In this document: positions 1 through 13,664 of the stretch, in pieces
Layout: every line of letters starts with the position of its first letter
How positions within the stretch are numbered: the stretch's first letter is position 1
NCBI GenBank assembly: GCA_050575255.1
Contig: JBNZDD010013709.1
Coordinates: forward strand, 6,763,898 to 6,827,897
DNA length: 64,000 nucleotides
Origin: Harriotta raleighana
Taxonomy: Eukaryota
Reading direction: 5' to 3'
Made by a program: the position numbers and the translations under genes
Notes under the pieces: model-generated
Database searches by the model: none
What the model was told of the DNA's origin: nothing
The model's input: only the letters and a program-made list of their open reading frames with translations

Positions 1-120
1 TTTCTGAATTTCTCCTCCCCGCCCCACCCCCATCCAGAATCGCAGGCTACATCTTCTGACTCCACCGTTTAGTATGAGATAAAACATCTTTTCATAGTTT
101 CATCAGGTCATTGTGTATAT

Positions 121-448
121 GTGGAGCTCCTGTGGCTCAGTGGTTAGAGCACTCGCCTTACATGCCTTACAAGCATGAGGCCTGTGTTCGAATCCAGGGA
201 GATCAGGGCGAAACCTTGGGCAAGTTTCCTTACCTAATAATAATCCCTCCAAAAAAAAAACTACAATAATAAAATTGGTCATTTCAATCCATGACTGTTT
301 GTGGGACACTGTTGTGCGCAATTGGCTGCTGCGTTTTGCCCACAAATATACAGTCAATTCACTTTACAGTATACTCTGTGAAGCACTTTGGGACATTGAT
401 AAGATGTGAAAAACGCTATATCAAATGCAAGGATTATTATTATTATTG
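121..448 (+). mobile_element. tRNA-derived SINE, full length, young subfamily (dominant family of the window)
   Basis: A box TGGCTCAGTGG, B box GTTCGAATCC, Deu-like core GCTGTGCGCAATTGGCTGC, L2-like tail ending (ATT)n. Confidence 0.9.
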
Positions 449-751
449 TCTATTATCTAGTCCTTTTAGAATCCTCAACCATCCCTTCTCCTTTGTGAAC
501 AAGCCCAATTGACCTCATCGCTCTCTACCTTGTCCTGTCCCTCCATCCCATGATGTTTGTCAGTTTTGAATGGTATTTATTTTTCGATGAAGTTCATGGT
601 GGAAAAGGACGGTTCCCTGGGCTGTGGGTTGCTCTGAATCCGTACACATATCCAACAGCACCATTAGGCAATTTAGGAAAATCACTCTGAGGGAAGAATT
701 ACAAAAACGATCATTAGAGTATGGATGTACGGTAGACACGCCTGCATTAAC

Positions 752-825
752 TAGAAACATAATAAAACTGGCAGCCCACACTCAGAAACATAATAAAACT
801 GGCAGCCCACACTGGCAGCCCACAC
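752..825. repeat. local tandem duplication (~30-nt unit x2 plus 12-nt partial)
   Basis: agaaacataataaaactggcagcccacact repeated. Confidence 0.85.
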
Positions 826-1242
826 AAGCTACAACAACTTGCGTTCATATAGCTGCTGCGATTCACCCACAAAATATACAGTCAATCCCATTTACAGACC
901 TGTGAAGCGCTTTGAGGAGTCTTGATGAGTGGGAAAGCACTATATCAAATGCAAGGATTATTATTGGATCCAAGTAACTGCATCGTAACAGGTTTGCCCT
1001 ATAGTACATAGGAAGGTGCCCTATAAATGCAATTTTGCTGTTGTTGTTGATGTCAAAAGCTCTTCGCAGCTAATTGCTATAAAGATCCCACAAACTGCCA
1101 TGCCTTCGATCACCCTCCTATCCCTATCCTCCCTGCCTTCTGCCCCTCCTGATCCCAACTACCAGTTGTGTTTGAAATTATACAATTATACAATTATACA
1201 AATGTTCATTAGGTTAATATAAATAGGTTAAATATAAACTGG

Positions 1243-1490
1243 TTGGATTTGTCCATAACCAGTGGACACAAATATAAGATAACGAAACAGGAATGCAGGC
1301 GAGAGGACCGGCCAGGTCAAAAACGTAGACAAGTTTCTTTAATCCACATGCCTCTGTTTAGATGGCAGGAAATAGGAACCTGGTTGGTAGTCGACTGGCA
1401 GATTGCTTTCTGGGCTGTAATAAGCCCTTTATACAGTATTTATAAAAAAAGCACACAAGTGTTTGTGGGATAACTATTCTCCTTGTCTTT
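1243..1490 (+). mobile_element. old CR1 fragment followed by long-variant SINE fragment
   Basis: CR1-like ccataaccagtggacacaaatataag, then SINE body with an extra central segment shared with 22560-22925. Confidence 0.55.
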
Positions 1491-2544
1491 CTTCGTTGCC
1501 TTGTTTTGATCACTGACTTAACCAAATGTGAAGCTTGACCCACGGGCTTGGCAGGTGAAGGATTTGCGTTATGTTATGCTGTGCTTTTTTTTTCTGATGA
1601 GTTACCTTGAAAACTCTCAATATAAATTGAGATTGAGCAGTGGGTGCTTGTTCTGAAAGCTGATTACACGGTATCCTGACAGCTGAGGCCACATTGAGAG
1701 TCGATAACCTCAGCAGCTGTTAGGTTCTGACCTTGATTCTGAAATGCATTTTGTGGTCCACAAAGCTCAAATGTGGTTTTTCACCTAAAGATTCAGTCCA
1801 GAAATACGCACTAAAATATAACAGCAGCAACATAGCTTCCCTCACGGGGGGTGGCATCCCAGAGCGGTTAACAATGATGGAGCACGAAACCGAGCTAGTG
1901 GGGGTGGAAGTTGACTGTAGACATGGTGGAAAGAGGAAGGTTTTTTACCAAGATGAAGATAGAGAAGGAAGAGGCAAGGCAGACGGAGAGGGGAAGAGTG
2001 TTCCACTGATCCCAAAGGCCTGCAAAGCCTATCTTGCTTTTTTTTTGTTCATTTGTGGGCCTTTTTCTCAGATGAGAAACTGCCTGGAAAACAATGCTGG
2101 CCATGGTCTGAGACTATTAGTTTAATCGTCTGAAAACTCCAGAGCGCAAAGATAACAGAAAAATTGTCTCTCCTGGAATCTCTGAATATATATATGTTTT
2201 TTTTAAAAAGACTGTAAAATGAATTAAAATTTAAAATTAAATTAATTTTATTAAAATGTTAAAGTTCACAATTAATTCCACAGTATAATTTCACAATCTG
2301 GACTTTGATTTATTGCAGTGACTTAGTTTGTGAATGCTGTGTTTTCAATTCCAGTGTTGCTAGGACATAACATATCTAGAGGTTGAGGTGATATTGATGA
2401 GTCTTCACTGAATCTATCTGTGTTCCTGGCAGCTGTTGTGCAATTCCAACTTGTATTTTAGACTGATTATATTGTTCTTCATTAACAAATGGGATTTCTA
2501 CACAATAACTTGACTCCTTGACTGTAAATGCCGTAATAAATTCA

Positions 2545-2937
2545 GTCTAGCACAACGGCAGCGCTCTCGCCTCGCTGGAGTCAGAAGGTTGTGGGGTTGT
2601 TGGGATATGGAATCACACAAGATGATACTCAAATGCAGTGCTGGGATATTTGCCATTGCCAGAGGTGCAGTCTGTCCTTCGGATGAGATGTTAAACCCAT
2701 TTGTCTGTTTAGCTGGATTTCAAAGATCCCGTAGCATATTTGAGGAGAGAGGGGAATTTCCCCTAAATAAAAATTGTTTATTCACTCCATGGCTGTTTGT
2801 GAGACATTGCTGTGCGAAGCTGGCTGCCATGTTGCACCCAGAAAATTTCCAGTCAATCCACTTTACAGTTTTATCACTGTCAAGTGTTTTAAGAAATTAT
2901 GATGAATGCTCTATCAAACGCAAGAATTATTATAATT
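2545..2937 (+). mobile_element. old DeuSINE (SacSINE1/AmnSINE1-like), near full length
   Basis: ctctcgcct..gagtcagaaggttgtggg head; gaggtgc..tcggatgagatgttaaacc..aaagatccc Deu-domain motifs (from recall). Confidence 0.7.
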
Positions 2938-3256
2938 AAATCAAGTACTCAAAGTGCAACAATCATCTGCACTTACCATTAAACTTGAAAAGCAGTTTGA
3001 CAAACTCAAATTGATTTCTTGCTCAGTTAAAATGATGTTTTTATATTTTATATGTTATTAATCTACGAAGATCTTTCTCTTCAACTGTGACTTCATCACC
3101 TCCTACTCTCCATGTATTGAACTCCACCACTGTTAAGCACTTGTAGATATTGCCCTATGTGAATGGCACTTGCAAGTTGTTGTTTAACTTGAGATGTTGA
3201 AAACAATGTCTGTGGTAAAGTTTATCGAGATGGTGAACTTTCTTGCTTCCTCTCAA

Positions 3257-3662
3257 GGGAGTCCTGTAGCTCAGTGGTTAGAGCATTCGCCTCTCAAGCA
3301 AAAGACCTGGGTTCGATTCCTGGAAGGTCAGGCTGAAAGCTCAGGCAAGGTTCCTTACTTCACATGCCTGATAATAATCCCTGAAGAAAAAAATAATAAT
3401 AATTTGGTCACTCAATCCAGGACTGTTTGTGGGACACTCCTTTGAGCAATTGGCTGCTGTGTTTCACCCAGTCAATTCACTTTACTGTACATTCTGTGAA
3501 GCGCTTTGTAACATCTAGAAGATGTGAAAAGTACTACTGGATATCAAATGAAAGGATTATTGTGGTGTCCTGTAGCTCAGTGGTGACAGGACTCGCCTTA
3601 CAAGCAAGAGACGTGAAAAGCATTATATCAAATGCAAGGGCTATTATTATTATTGTTATTAT
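3257..3662 (+). mobile_element. SINE plus a second, internally deleted SINE in tandem
   Basis: two tRNA-like heads (3257, 3563) and two tails. Confidence 0.85.
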
Positions 3663-5270
3663 TGTTATTGTCTCCAAGTCTTCCTTGAATTACTGCGAAC
3701 CTGCCTGAATTTGACAGTTTGCTTTCTTAGACCCAGTTTATCCCTTACTTTTCAATAGTTATCTTTAGCATCTATAGAGACATAATGGAAGTTACGAGCC
3801 AAATTAAAATTGACCCAGAGTATTTCAGACTTGAAAATCTGCAAAATATTTATGAAATCATTCATACCTGTGAAAATAAATTAACCACTTCCCTATGACT
3901 GATAGGTACCATTTCCATTTTTTTTCGGCAGTATTTTACAGGATAATGTACTGTGCAGTATGAAGCATCAAAAAGTTAATTGCTATTTTTATTTTCGCAC
4001 ATTCATGATTGAAGTGTATAGTACACTCACAATCATTTATTTTTGTGAGTCAAGTAAAATTCCTGATGTACGCTGATTAAAACTGAATGTTCCTCATCAA
4101 CTCTTAAATGTTTTGAGACATACATTTAAAAAGAACATCAATTATCTAAGCTCCAAATAATGTAATTCCATCTAGATACTACTTTCAGTGCACTCTGAGC
4201 AAACTACTTCAACCAATCTGCTAGAAATGTGTTAGTTACCAGAGAAAGATATTGTCTGGAATGCTCAATTGCCGTTAACTGGGAGTTTTGTGATACAATA
4301 CTGTATTTGGGTTGTTTAATGTTCCAAAGAAACTGAGTATTCTGTTAATCTAGGCAGTGAATTTTCCAATATGAATTGTAAGCATTTGAAATGGAGAATT
4401 AAAAATACCATATTGAAAATACCTTTTGAAAACACTGGTTCTGCCTCAAAGGGAAATAAAAAGTAGGGCCCATTTAACCTTGCCCTCGCAAATAATATGC
4501 CAGTCTAGTCTTCTGGCAACTGGTTAAATATTTGAATTTTTTTTGTATATTAGGTGGCGTAACAGGGTGCAGCAAGAGCAGCAATAATGAGGACAGATGT
4601 CTCATGAATTTGACCCTTGGTTGCCGAGAGCACAGAAAGACTTGGAGAACTTGTACTGGGTTATCAACAGGCAAGTCACAGATTCCCGTAAACAAATGCT
4701 TGGCAACCTGTTTTAATGTTAGCTTGTGGCAGTTCTGTTAGAAGGGGACTGGATCTCAACTCAGGAGACTTGTTTAGATTCAGGTCTTGGGCTCTTTTTA
4801 GGCTCATTGCATAAGTTTGCAAAGACTCACTAACCAAAGTGATCAGATGAGAGCAGGGATGACTTTATACGTAAAAATATCAAAATATCTTACAGCATTT
4901 CATCAAATGTACCAATTTCCAAATAAACTACTGTATATTGTTTTGCTTAAGCTTTGTCCACAGTTTGGCAAGCATTAATAGACTTCAACTGTATTTTTTT
5001 CTTCATTTTCCAAAATTTTGGCAAACGTGCAATCCATATCTCTCTCTCACACACACACAGTCCATTTACAATGGAAATGTTTGCATATATTTATTGAATG
5101 CACAGACAAGGTCTCCATACTGTGGTACACTAAGTAGTAACTGTATTGTGCACGGAAGGATTGGAGCAGGATAGCAACTATTGCTCTATGATATAGAATG
5201 GGTGATACAGAATGTAGAATGGGTATATAGAATGGTTGGGTGGGACTTTTCAGCTCAATCACTTTCCAGC

Positions 5271-5344
5271 TCAATCACTTTCCTTGGTGGATTTGGGAAC
5301 GAGCTACTGCACTTTCCTTGGTGGATTTGGGAACGGGCTACTGC
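5271..5344. repeat. two overlapping tandem duplications (16 nt and 34 nt units)
   Basis: cagctcaatcactttc x2; actttccttggtggatttgggaacg(a/g)gctactgc x2. Confidence 0.85.
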
Positions 5345-5454
5345 CCTCTTCAGCTACTCTGGTAACTTTGGATCGCTGCCTGTTAGGGGAGATAGAATAG
5401 GAGAAGTTTTGAGGCTCTCCCTGGGAGTGTGTTGGCTACATTGAGTTGATCTTT

Positions 5455-5804
5455 TACAGAGTAGATAGTGGGAGACTGTTTCCCTGGTTGGAGAATCTAT
5501 AACTAGGGGGTCATATTCTTAAGACTAGGGGTCAGCCATTTCGCACAGAGTTGAGGAAACACTTCTTCATTCAGAGGGTAGTGAATTAATAGAATTCTCT
5601 ACCCCCAAAAGGTTGTAGATGCTTAGTCCTTGAAGATATTCAAGACTGAAATTGATAGATTTCTTATGGATAAAGGGATTAAGGGATATGGGGATAAGGC
5701 GGGCAGGTGGAGTTAGATTAGAAGATCAGCCATGATCTTATTGAATGGCAGGGTAGGCTCGAGGGGCCGAATGGCCTACTCCTGATCTTTATTCCTATGT
5801 TCCT
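5455..5804 (+). mobile_element. CR1 LINE 3' end
   Basis: RT C-terminal remnant (FFxQRVV-like) and 3'UTR tcagccatgatcttattgaatggc..gggccgaatggcctactcct; near-identical to 16055-16311. Confidence 0.85.
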
Positions 5805-7356
5805 GAGAGACTCCACCCAGTCCGGTATTTCACTAATTCTAACTGAAATCTGTACATGAATTGAGAGATATCAGGCAATAGCTTTTATTCTTGTTGCGGC
5901 AGAGGGAGGTGTCCTGCAATGACAGAGGGCTGCAACGTTTGCAGGCATTAACGAGAGCCTCAGGCCTGCAATTCATAGCAGTTCTCCGAATGAGTCTAAG
6001 AGTCTAAGATGTATTATTATTGACGCTGCCTGCAATGAGAATATTTTCAGAAATTAAACCCCTTTTTTGCCACAGCTTACGCGATATGACTAAACCAGGG
6101 TGTGTGAATGTGTACTGGGTGTGACAGATACTGTGAGTGATTTTAAATTTCTGTCTTTCAAACCTTTGCACATGAAATTTCTCTGGTGTTTACTTTCTAT
6201 TCCTGTTTTTGGCAGCTCGTGCTGTCTTTCGTACACACTTGGTGTTGTTTTCAATTCGGGTTTAGACTTTCAGTGCCATTTAGTGTCATGGGAATTTAGC
6301 TGGACTTAAACTGCTTCTCTCATTTTCTTTAAGGCATGGAAGGTAATTAATGAACTGAAATGAAGAACTATCACTGATTTATTTTGCTCACACACGCGGA
6401 GATCCATCACGAATATCCAAACTAACTGTGACTCTTTCACTGTAGAGATGCACCTTGATTATCCAATGCCCCAGAACATTACGCTCAGATTAGTGAGAGC
6501 CTAGCTATGGAGAGTATGTGTTGGGTTACTGTTGGTTTACCCAGATGGAGCCACATAGCTTGCCGTTGAGTCCTGTTGAGTGGAGCCTTATAGCTTAGTG
6601 GTTTCAGCACTCATCTTGCAAATCAGAGACCTGGGTTCTATTCTCGACATGACGGAACACTGGGCGAGTTTCCTTAATCCTGCTTGAAAATCTTCCTCTC
6701 CCATGTGCTTTCGAAGAAAGAAAAACATTCTTAAGGATAGAGGTTATCTTTGACAGTCACAAAAGCAAATCTCTTTTGATTTAAAAAGTTGTGTGTTGCA
6801 ATGAGAATAACTATAATATTAATAATTATTATCTTTTCATTTGATAGGATTCGAAACACAGGTCTCATGCTTGTAAAGCAGGTGCTCTAAGCACTGAGCT
6901 ACAGGACTTAGTGGAATATGATATGGGATAGGACTGGGGTGGGGTGTAAGGGCGGCAGAGAGGTTGGGGTGATTTCTGTAAATCCAGCAAAACACCAGAG
7001 AGTTGTCATCTGTTTGCGGTAGAGCTAACATTTGTTATTCTAAGTTCTCAAATGTTTCAAATTTATCTGGGAACTTTAACATTTCAATTATCTAATACTG
7101 CACCAAATTTCTTCCATTTTCTTAAGATGGCTTTAGGCCGGAATCCAAACTAATTATTATTATTTTTTCTGATGGATGAAACAATTTAATTCAATTCTGA
7201 TGGACCAGGATAGCTGACATGACAAACTGAGAATATACTGCATTTTATTTGATTGATTATGTAGGCATTTCAGTGGTTGATTGTGTTTCAAAAGTGTGAA
7301 AGCCCCATAAATTAGTTTGCCAGGATTGTATTCTGATATATTTATTATGCACCTGA

Positions 7357-7975
7357 GATAATAATAATCCTTGCATTTGATATAGCGCCTTCCACGTCTC
7401 AAAGCACTTCACAGAATATACTGTAAAGTGAATTGACTGTATATATGTGGGCGAAATGTGGCAGCCAATTGCGCAGTGTCCCACAAACAGCCGTGGATTG
7501 AAATTACCAATTTATTATTGAGGGGGGTTTTTCCAAAGGATTATTCCAAGAGCTCCTGTAGCTCAGTGGTTAGAGCACTCGCCTTGCAAGCATGAGATCT
7601 GTGTATGAATCCAGGCAGATCAGGGCGAAACTTTGGGCAAGTTTCCTTACTCCACATGCCTAATAAATCTGTCCAAAAGAAAAACCACAATAATAAAATT
7701 TGGTCATTTCAATCCACAACTGTTTGTGGGACACTGCAGTGCGCAATTGGCTGCCGCATTTCGCCCACAAATATATAGCCAATTCACTTCATAGTATATT
7801 TTGTGAAACGCTTTGAGACTTCGACAAGATGTAAAAAGCGCGATATCAAATGCAAGGATTATTATTATTATTACTATTATTATTATCAGGCGTGTAGAGT
7901 AAAGAAACTTAACCATGGTTTCACCCTGACCTGCCTGGGATCAAACCCAGATCTCTCGCTTGTAAGGCGAGTGAG
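7357..7975. mobile_element. minus-strand SINE interrupted by a full-length plus-strand SINE (7548-7885)
   Basis: host body 7357-7545 resumes at ~7882 (atcaggcgtgtagagtaaagaaac...). Confidence 0.85.
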
Positions 7976-8229
7976 CGTTGGCTTGCTTCATTGTCTACTT
8001 TGAGGGCGGGCTGGCATTCAGCCATTCTGCCATCACTCTGGAAATCTATCACAGAGTCCCTCCAGCTCACACACTCCCTCCCCTCCTTCAAGGCACATCT
8101 CAAAACTGCAATTTTGGTCATCTTTCCCTCCTGCCTTCTGCTCCCACCCGCAGCCTAGGTGACCTTCCAACACTCGGAGATATCCTCGCAACGTGAAAGG
8201 CACTGAATAAACGTAAATTGTAATTGATA

Positions 8230-8525
8230 GTGGAATCGTGTAGCTCAGTGGTTAGAGCATTCACCTCACAAGTGAGAGACCTGGGTTCAATTACAGGCAG
8301 GGCAAAACCTGAGGTAAGTTTCCTTACTCCACACGCCTGATGATAATCCCTGAAAAAAATTGGTCATTTCAATCCACGACTATTGGTGGGACGCTGCTGT
8401 GCGCAATTTGCTGCCGTGTTTTGCCCACAAAATATACAGACAATTTGCTTTGCAATATATTTTATGAAGCGACTTGAGCCGTCTAAATGTGATAAGGCGC
8501 TATATCAAATGCAAGGATTATTATT
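8230..8525 (+). mobile_element. SINE, full length, preceded by an L2-type tail (~8010-8225)
   Basis: A/B boxes, Deu core, ATT tail. Confidence 0.85.
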
Positions 8526-10544
8526 TTTACTCATATTAAGAATATTGGGAGGTTCAACCAGAAATTAGATGGTGTCTTCTTAGAATTGGGACACAGGTAG
8601 TGCTTAACCTCATGCAAGTTTGTTGGACCTCCTGTTATTCACAATCTGGCCGACAATTTCAAAACCGCAACTTCAGGCCTCAATGTCTAGCAGCAAAGCC
8701 GAGATGATGAGTTTTAGAAAATCTGCCAGTCAGAGAGAATCATGTTTTCTCACTGATTGATGCAGCAAATGTTTCAAGATGTCTGATCTCGATTTGTAAT
8801 GTTTTTTGCAAGCAGTGAATATTGCTTTGAGCAAAGAGTAGTGAGAGGTCAAATAATAAATCATATGTTTCGTTCAAATACCTGACAATGGGATTTTCAA
8901 AATTATACTTGTAATATAATAGAGGGAAGCACACTTTTCTAATCATTCTCACTCAATTAATGTATTTAGGGTTCAAATCTTGCTGGTTTAATTTTTATTG
9001 GGTTGTGAACTTGTGTAATGTTATAAAACACATGATGCCAACGGAGTGGAAGTCAACCATTCCAAGTAAAACTATTTTTTTAGATGTTTGGCTAACTTAC
9101 AATTCAGCAGATTTTGATTTCATTGTAGGGCTTTCTTTACGCCGTCGGAATCTGATATAAATATACAGTCGTAAAAATACAGAATGCCAAACCAGATCTT
9201 CAGGAACAGGCTTTTTTAGAACACTTTTTGACATGTTGGGGATGAAATTTGAAATGTTTCATGATTGATTTGATGGAATTATTGATTGTACTTACACAAG
9301 TTTATGAAGTCCAGATGCTTTAGGGGCCTTAAGAGCTGTAATGACATTTTTTTTGATTGGGGAAGGGTATTTTCAGGAAATACTGAGAGTGGCGTATATA
9401 TATGAGGAAATTAATTATTTCACGAACCTCTTTACTACAACAAATTACATTGATACAAAGCTTTTAATGATGTGAGTTGTGCCAGGGTGATGGACTGTCG
9501 AAGGTTTTCACCCAAACTGGGGTTTGTTTGGCTTCAGGGATGGGGGTTGGGAGGGGATGGGGCAAGTGGGCCGGGGAAAATAATTAAAGGCAAGGTTGAA
9601 GAGGAAGGTCAAGAAGGATCTTGAAGGAGGCAAGGGAATGGGTAAGGTGAGGGGACTGTGGGACGGGGGCAGAAGAGGCCAGTTCCTGCCAAGTAGAGAG
9701 ACCAGGTGGGTTGGTTGGTAGGATAATTAACTACTTAAAAGTTCCATAATCCTTCACACTTATTCAAAAATCCTTATTTAGGCTGCACATTTTTGATGCT
9801 GTATTGATAAGAAAACTAGAAGATAGATTTACACAGAATAATACAGCGCAGAAAATAAGCCATTTAACTCAACTTTTCTGTGCCGCTGTTTAAATTCCAC
9901 ATAAGCTTTCACCCCTCCTATTCCCTTCTTCCGCTTGTAGACGTTGTAGAACATTTTTTACTTTCTTATTTTTTAAATGTCCATAAAATTCTCTTTGTTC
10001 CAAGCCCAAGTTTCAAATTGGTTTCAAGAAAATTATTTTCGTGATAAGAAAATAATATTGAAGTATTGTACCTTCAGCTAAAGCAGTTTCTAAATTAAGA
10101 TTTCGTCAAATCTTAATTTAGAAGAGTGTTTCTACAAAAGGGCTCTGCCGAAATTAAGAGGTGATAAAATTAATAACAATCCTTGCATTTCATGTTGAGA
10201 GAGCACCTCAAAGCACTGCACAGGAATTATTGCAATTACTCCCGGGATCTGGTTGTTGTGAAGCTCTCGGATACGCCTTCCTGCATGGAAGGCGCTATAT
10301 AAATCAAAGTTGTTGTTGTTGTAATGGAAAATACCTGAAGCATTGATTGGTCTTGCTATTCTGATGGAGCAGTCTAGGACTCTACCTCCATCAAGCCTTA
10401 AATGGAAAAACAAAGAAATGATTGATTCAATAGAGTTGAAACCTTGATCAGGAATGGTATATGGGGCATTGAAAAGGGCTTTAGATGGTTTGAAGATTCA
10501 AAAGTCTAAGCAGAAAATGTTCCCTAGTAGGTTTCCCTTCAGAG

Positions 10545-10825
10545 CATTTGATCCAGGCAGATCAGGGCGAAACCTTGGGCAAGTTTCCTTACTCCACATG
10601 CCTATTAATCCATCCAAAAAAAATACAATAATAAAATTGGTCATTTCAATTCATGACTGTTTGTGGGACACTGTGTAGGGTGCCAGGGTGATGGCCGCAA
10701 TTGGCCGCCACATTTTGCCCAAAAATATTCAGTCAATTCACTTTGCAGCATATTCTGTGAAGCTCTTTGAGACGTCGATAAGATGTGAAACGTGCTATAT
10801 CAAATGATTATTATTATTATTATTT
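10545..10825 (+). mobile_element. SINE (5' truncated) next to an old CR1 fragment
   Basis: matches window SINE consensus. Confidence 0.85.
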
Positions 10826-11052
10826 ACAGTATGTGGTGAATTACATTTATGTAAGGCAGAGTCTAAAAATTAATAACTACCGCATCTTCTCATGGTTAAC
10901 AGTAAATCAGTAGCTAATTGGTTGGATTATTTTAGTTTCATTTATTTGAGAAGAAAAACTGAAACTGTCTCATTTCGTTATAAAAACGGACCAGGCAGAA
11001 GAGGGTAACAGCTTACTTGCCACTTTAAGAATTGTACTACTTTCAGGATTAA

Positions 11053-11304
<252 letters not shown>

Positions 11305-12149
11305 TGATTTTAAAGCCATTAACACATCGGGGCAGTTTATAATCTGGATTCCCCTATTGCTCCAATAAAACAAGTACAATGACACACCTTTGATAAAACT
11401 GAAGAGTATTTATTCCCTTTTTACTTTCCCTCTCAAGCTATAACTTGAAAAAAACAATAATAAACTGTCAATAATAAATTGGTCATTTCAATCCATGATT
11501 GTTTGTGGGACGCTACTGTGCACAATTGGCTGCAGCGTTTCGCCCACAAATATAAATCAATATGTGGTTATAGAGCACTTTACAGCGTATTTTTAGAAGA
11601 TGTGGAAAGCGCTATATCAGATGCAAGGATTATTAATATTATTTTAACATTTAATTTTGACAAGACTAAATTTATAACCACAAGATATAGTTGAACCTGA
11701 CGCTGAGAGGTCAATCAGCTATTGACGTGGTTTCTAAAAATGTCCTCCTTGGGGTTCATCTGTCTGCGAGAAGATGTACAATCTAAAGGATGGCCGTCAA
11801 GCCTGTCTGAATCGCCAATGAGGCTTGAAAGAGTAGATTTCTCCTGCAAGCCAAACAGTACAGGATAAAAAAACAACTTTAAAGCAAATCCTACATCTAA
11901 ATAATTCCAACCGTCAGATGCAGTGAATTTTGTATAAACAGATATGGCAAGGTCCACATATAGGATGACAAAATAAATGTCCAATTCATCTGGAGGAGGA
12001 TTGATTTAAATGCAAGGTGATGGAGGAGAAATTACATTCCCTTTTAAAACAATGCCATAGGTTTATTAATGTTGATCCCGAAATGTAGGCAAATGGATCT
12101 TTCACAAATCATGTAAAGGACAGCAGCTGAGAGGACACAATGCTCTCAA

Positions 12150-12470
12150 GAATCCCGTAGCTCAGTGGTTACAGAGCACTCGCCTTACGTGAGACGCGTG
12201 TTTCGAATCCAGGCAGGCCAGGGCGAAACCTTGGGCAGGTTATCTTACTCCATACATCCGATTATAATCCGTCCAAAGAACAAACAATAATAAATTGGTC
12301 ATTTTCAATCCATGACAGTTTGAGACTCTGCTGTGCACAATTGGCTGCCACTTTTCTCCCACAAATATACAGTCAATTCCCTGTACTCATACTGTGAAGA
12401 GCTTTGAGATGTCTAGAAGATGTGAAAAGCGCTATATCAAATTAAAGTATTATCATTAGTAGTAGTATTA
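12150..12470 (+). mobile_element. SINE, full length
   Basis: A/B boxes, core, tail. Confidence 0.85.
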
Positions 12471-13145
12471 TAAGAACGAAGAAAATCGGACCATTCAGGC
12501 ATGGTTTATGATCTTAAATCCCTACATGCGTCTTGAATCCACACCACAGTCTTTGATCCAGAGCCAAGCTGAGCAACTATTTGAGCCAAGCTGAGCTATA
12601 GTCAGTCCAATAAATGGATCTGGATAAGGATCGTGAAAAGCAATTAATAATAATAAATAATCATTACATTTAATATAGTACATTATCACATCGTTGAGAT
12701 GTTTCACAGCAAACCCTGTATATTTTAGTGCGTGAAATTTGTAATGGCATAGTCCTTTGAGCATCATTCATCTCTTTATAGCTGTGATTAAGTGCATAGT
12801 TTTTAATTATAATGACACTAATGGCGGAGTGTGCAGTCCCCCATTTCAGCCTATAGAGGCCAAATAATTGCTTTCATGCAAACTCTAAAAGTGTAATATT
12901 CTACTGACAAGTAGCAAGTGCTCTTCAACAGAAACTGCAGCATTCCCCGGTATCCGTGGTAATCGTGAGTAATTACCTCTGACAGTGAGCCTTAACGCAC
13001 AAATCTCAGAAACTATCCCCCTCCCAAAATATATTAGAAACAGCAATTTGGAGCAGAGATTCCTCCCAGCTCCATAAACGAGTAGGACACAAGTTTATGG
13101 CCTCTTCTGGCTGTGTCATCTCCTTCAGAGTAGTTAGAGGAACTA

Positions 13146-13664
13146 TAGGTAGATCTCGCTTAACATTGCTTCAGTCAGCGTTTTGTTATTACGTTGCTGA
13201 TATATAGAGAACATGTATCCATTTAACGATGCAACGTTCACTTTATGTCTTTCGGCAGCGGTTGGAAATTAGCTACTGTAGTTTGGGTAGCCTAGGCTAC
13301 CGTCCGGTATTCTTACGGGACAGATGAATTGACTTGTCATTCTTAAGTGACAGTTGTGAGTCTGGTAATAAAAAAAGGAAGACTATTACTCTCGAAATGA
13401 AATTAGATGTTTTAACCGATTTTGATGCCATGAGTGTTATGTTATTTAAATTTTTTAATATATTTGATATTTTACAATTATAAATGTACATGTATTTCAA
13501 CTTACTGTATACTTTTTTGAAAATTTAGACAAAAAATGTCCAAAGCAACCTAACTCCAGTTTATACATTAATTCTTATGGGAAAAATGTGTTCGCTTAAC
13601 ATCGTTTTTCGCTTAAAGTCACAGTTTTCAAGAACACAACTAGACGTTAAGCGAGGACTAACTG
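13146..13664. mobile_element. Tigger/pogo-like (Tc1-mariner) non-autonomous DNA transposon, ~520 bp
   Basis: TIRs ta|taggtagatctcgcttaac ... gttaagcgaggactaactg|ta with TA duplication; no transposase ORF. Confidence 0.75.

Noticed and set aside
121-200. tRNA-Val(TAC)/Ala(TGC)-like sequences, here and in many copies
   Set aside because: SINE heads: no paired acceptor stem, and each continues into the SINE body.
752-5344. Short direct repeats resembling CRISPR repeats (752-825, 5271-5344)
   Set aside because: Only two units, no unique spacers, eukaryotic intron; replication-slippage duplications.
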